DNA of 64,000 bases, taken from NCBI RefSeq assembly GCF_004010195.1, contig NW_025215381.1:377003-441002 (forward strand), read 5' to 3'. A program made the translations under genes and the position numbers. Below, piece by piece: positions 63,632-64,000 of this stretch. The stretch is from Chiloscyllium plagiosum. Its lineage: Eukaryota. The stretch's first letter is position 1; every line of letters starts with the position of its first letter. The notes under the pieces are model-generated. The model searched no databases. It was not told the origin of the DNA and saw only the letters and a list, made by a program, of their open reading frames with translations.

Positions 63632-63860
63632 CCAGGTAAGTTTTTATGCTAATTGCTGATTGCTTCAGTAAGCATCAATGAAACTAGATTTCACTCCAAA
63701 TTCCTTTTTAATTGATTAGTTGAAACCATTTATTAAATTTAAAGCATAACACCTGCCATGGGCGATACTTGAACCCAGGTGCCAAGGCATTGTGGGTTAC
63801 TGGTTGAGTGACATTACCATGGTGTCATCATTGCCCTGTTGTACACTGATAAACTGTATA

Positions 63861-63995
63861 CAGAACAACCTTGGTTATCTGAACATTAATTAACCGAACA
63901 AGATCTCAAAGGCCCGTAAAAACATTATCCAAACAATCAGTTATCCGAACAATATACTTCCCCTCTGTCTCATTCAGATAATGAAGGTTGTTCAG
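63861..63995. mobile_element. 135-bp MITE, internally deleted relative of 2274-3212
   Basis: Same TIRs, flanked by TA on both sides (63859-60, 63996-97). Confidence 0.75.
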
Positions 63996-64000
63996 TATGT

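Larger units (their letters stand above)
62800..63830 (-). mobile_element. old tRNA-headed SINE of a second family (possibly DeuSINE/SacSINE1-like), split by CR1 and fold-back insertions
   Basis: tRNA-like head at ~63750-63830 (minus); tttccctcaagga…agtga block shared with ~26050 and ~33300; tail at ~62800-62945. Family name is tentative. Confidence 0.45.

Overview
Vertebrate (cartilaginous fish, inferred from HE1-type V-SINEs and CR1/HER1-type LINEs) genomic DNA with four N-gaps. The only host gene seen is the 3' half of a MAP4K4-family STE20 kinase, best matching MINK1, on the minus strand. It has 11 coding exons between 62608 and a TAA stop at 24651, all with GT-AG ends. They splice into one open frame of 486 aa covering the linker and the whole CNH domain, followed by a long repeat-poor probable 3' UTR. 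The rest is mostly decayed mobile DNA: CR1-clade LINEs with zinc-finger/SGNH-esterase ORF1, HE1-like SINEs, two related solo LTRs, TA-flanked Tc1/mariner-type MITEs and Penelope-like fragments. Two things stand out. (1) A decayed Ty3/Gypsy element with the inverted PR-INT-RT-RH domain order of the Gmr1 clade, retaining its tRNA-Pro PBS and PPT. (2) A family of short Penelope-derived insertions carrying a minimal hammerhead-ribozyme motif; five form fold-back (inverted) structures, each with its own inversion breakpoint, and four of these five have 13-17 bp target-site duplications. Family names come from recalled motifs, not database searches.
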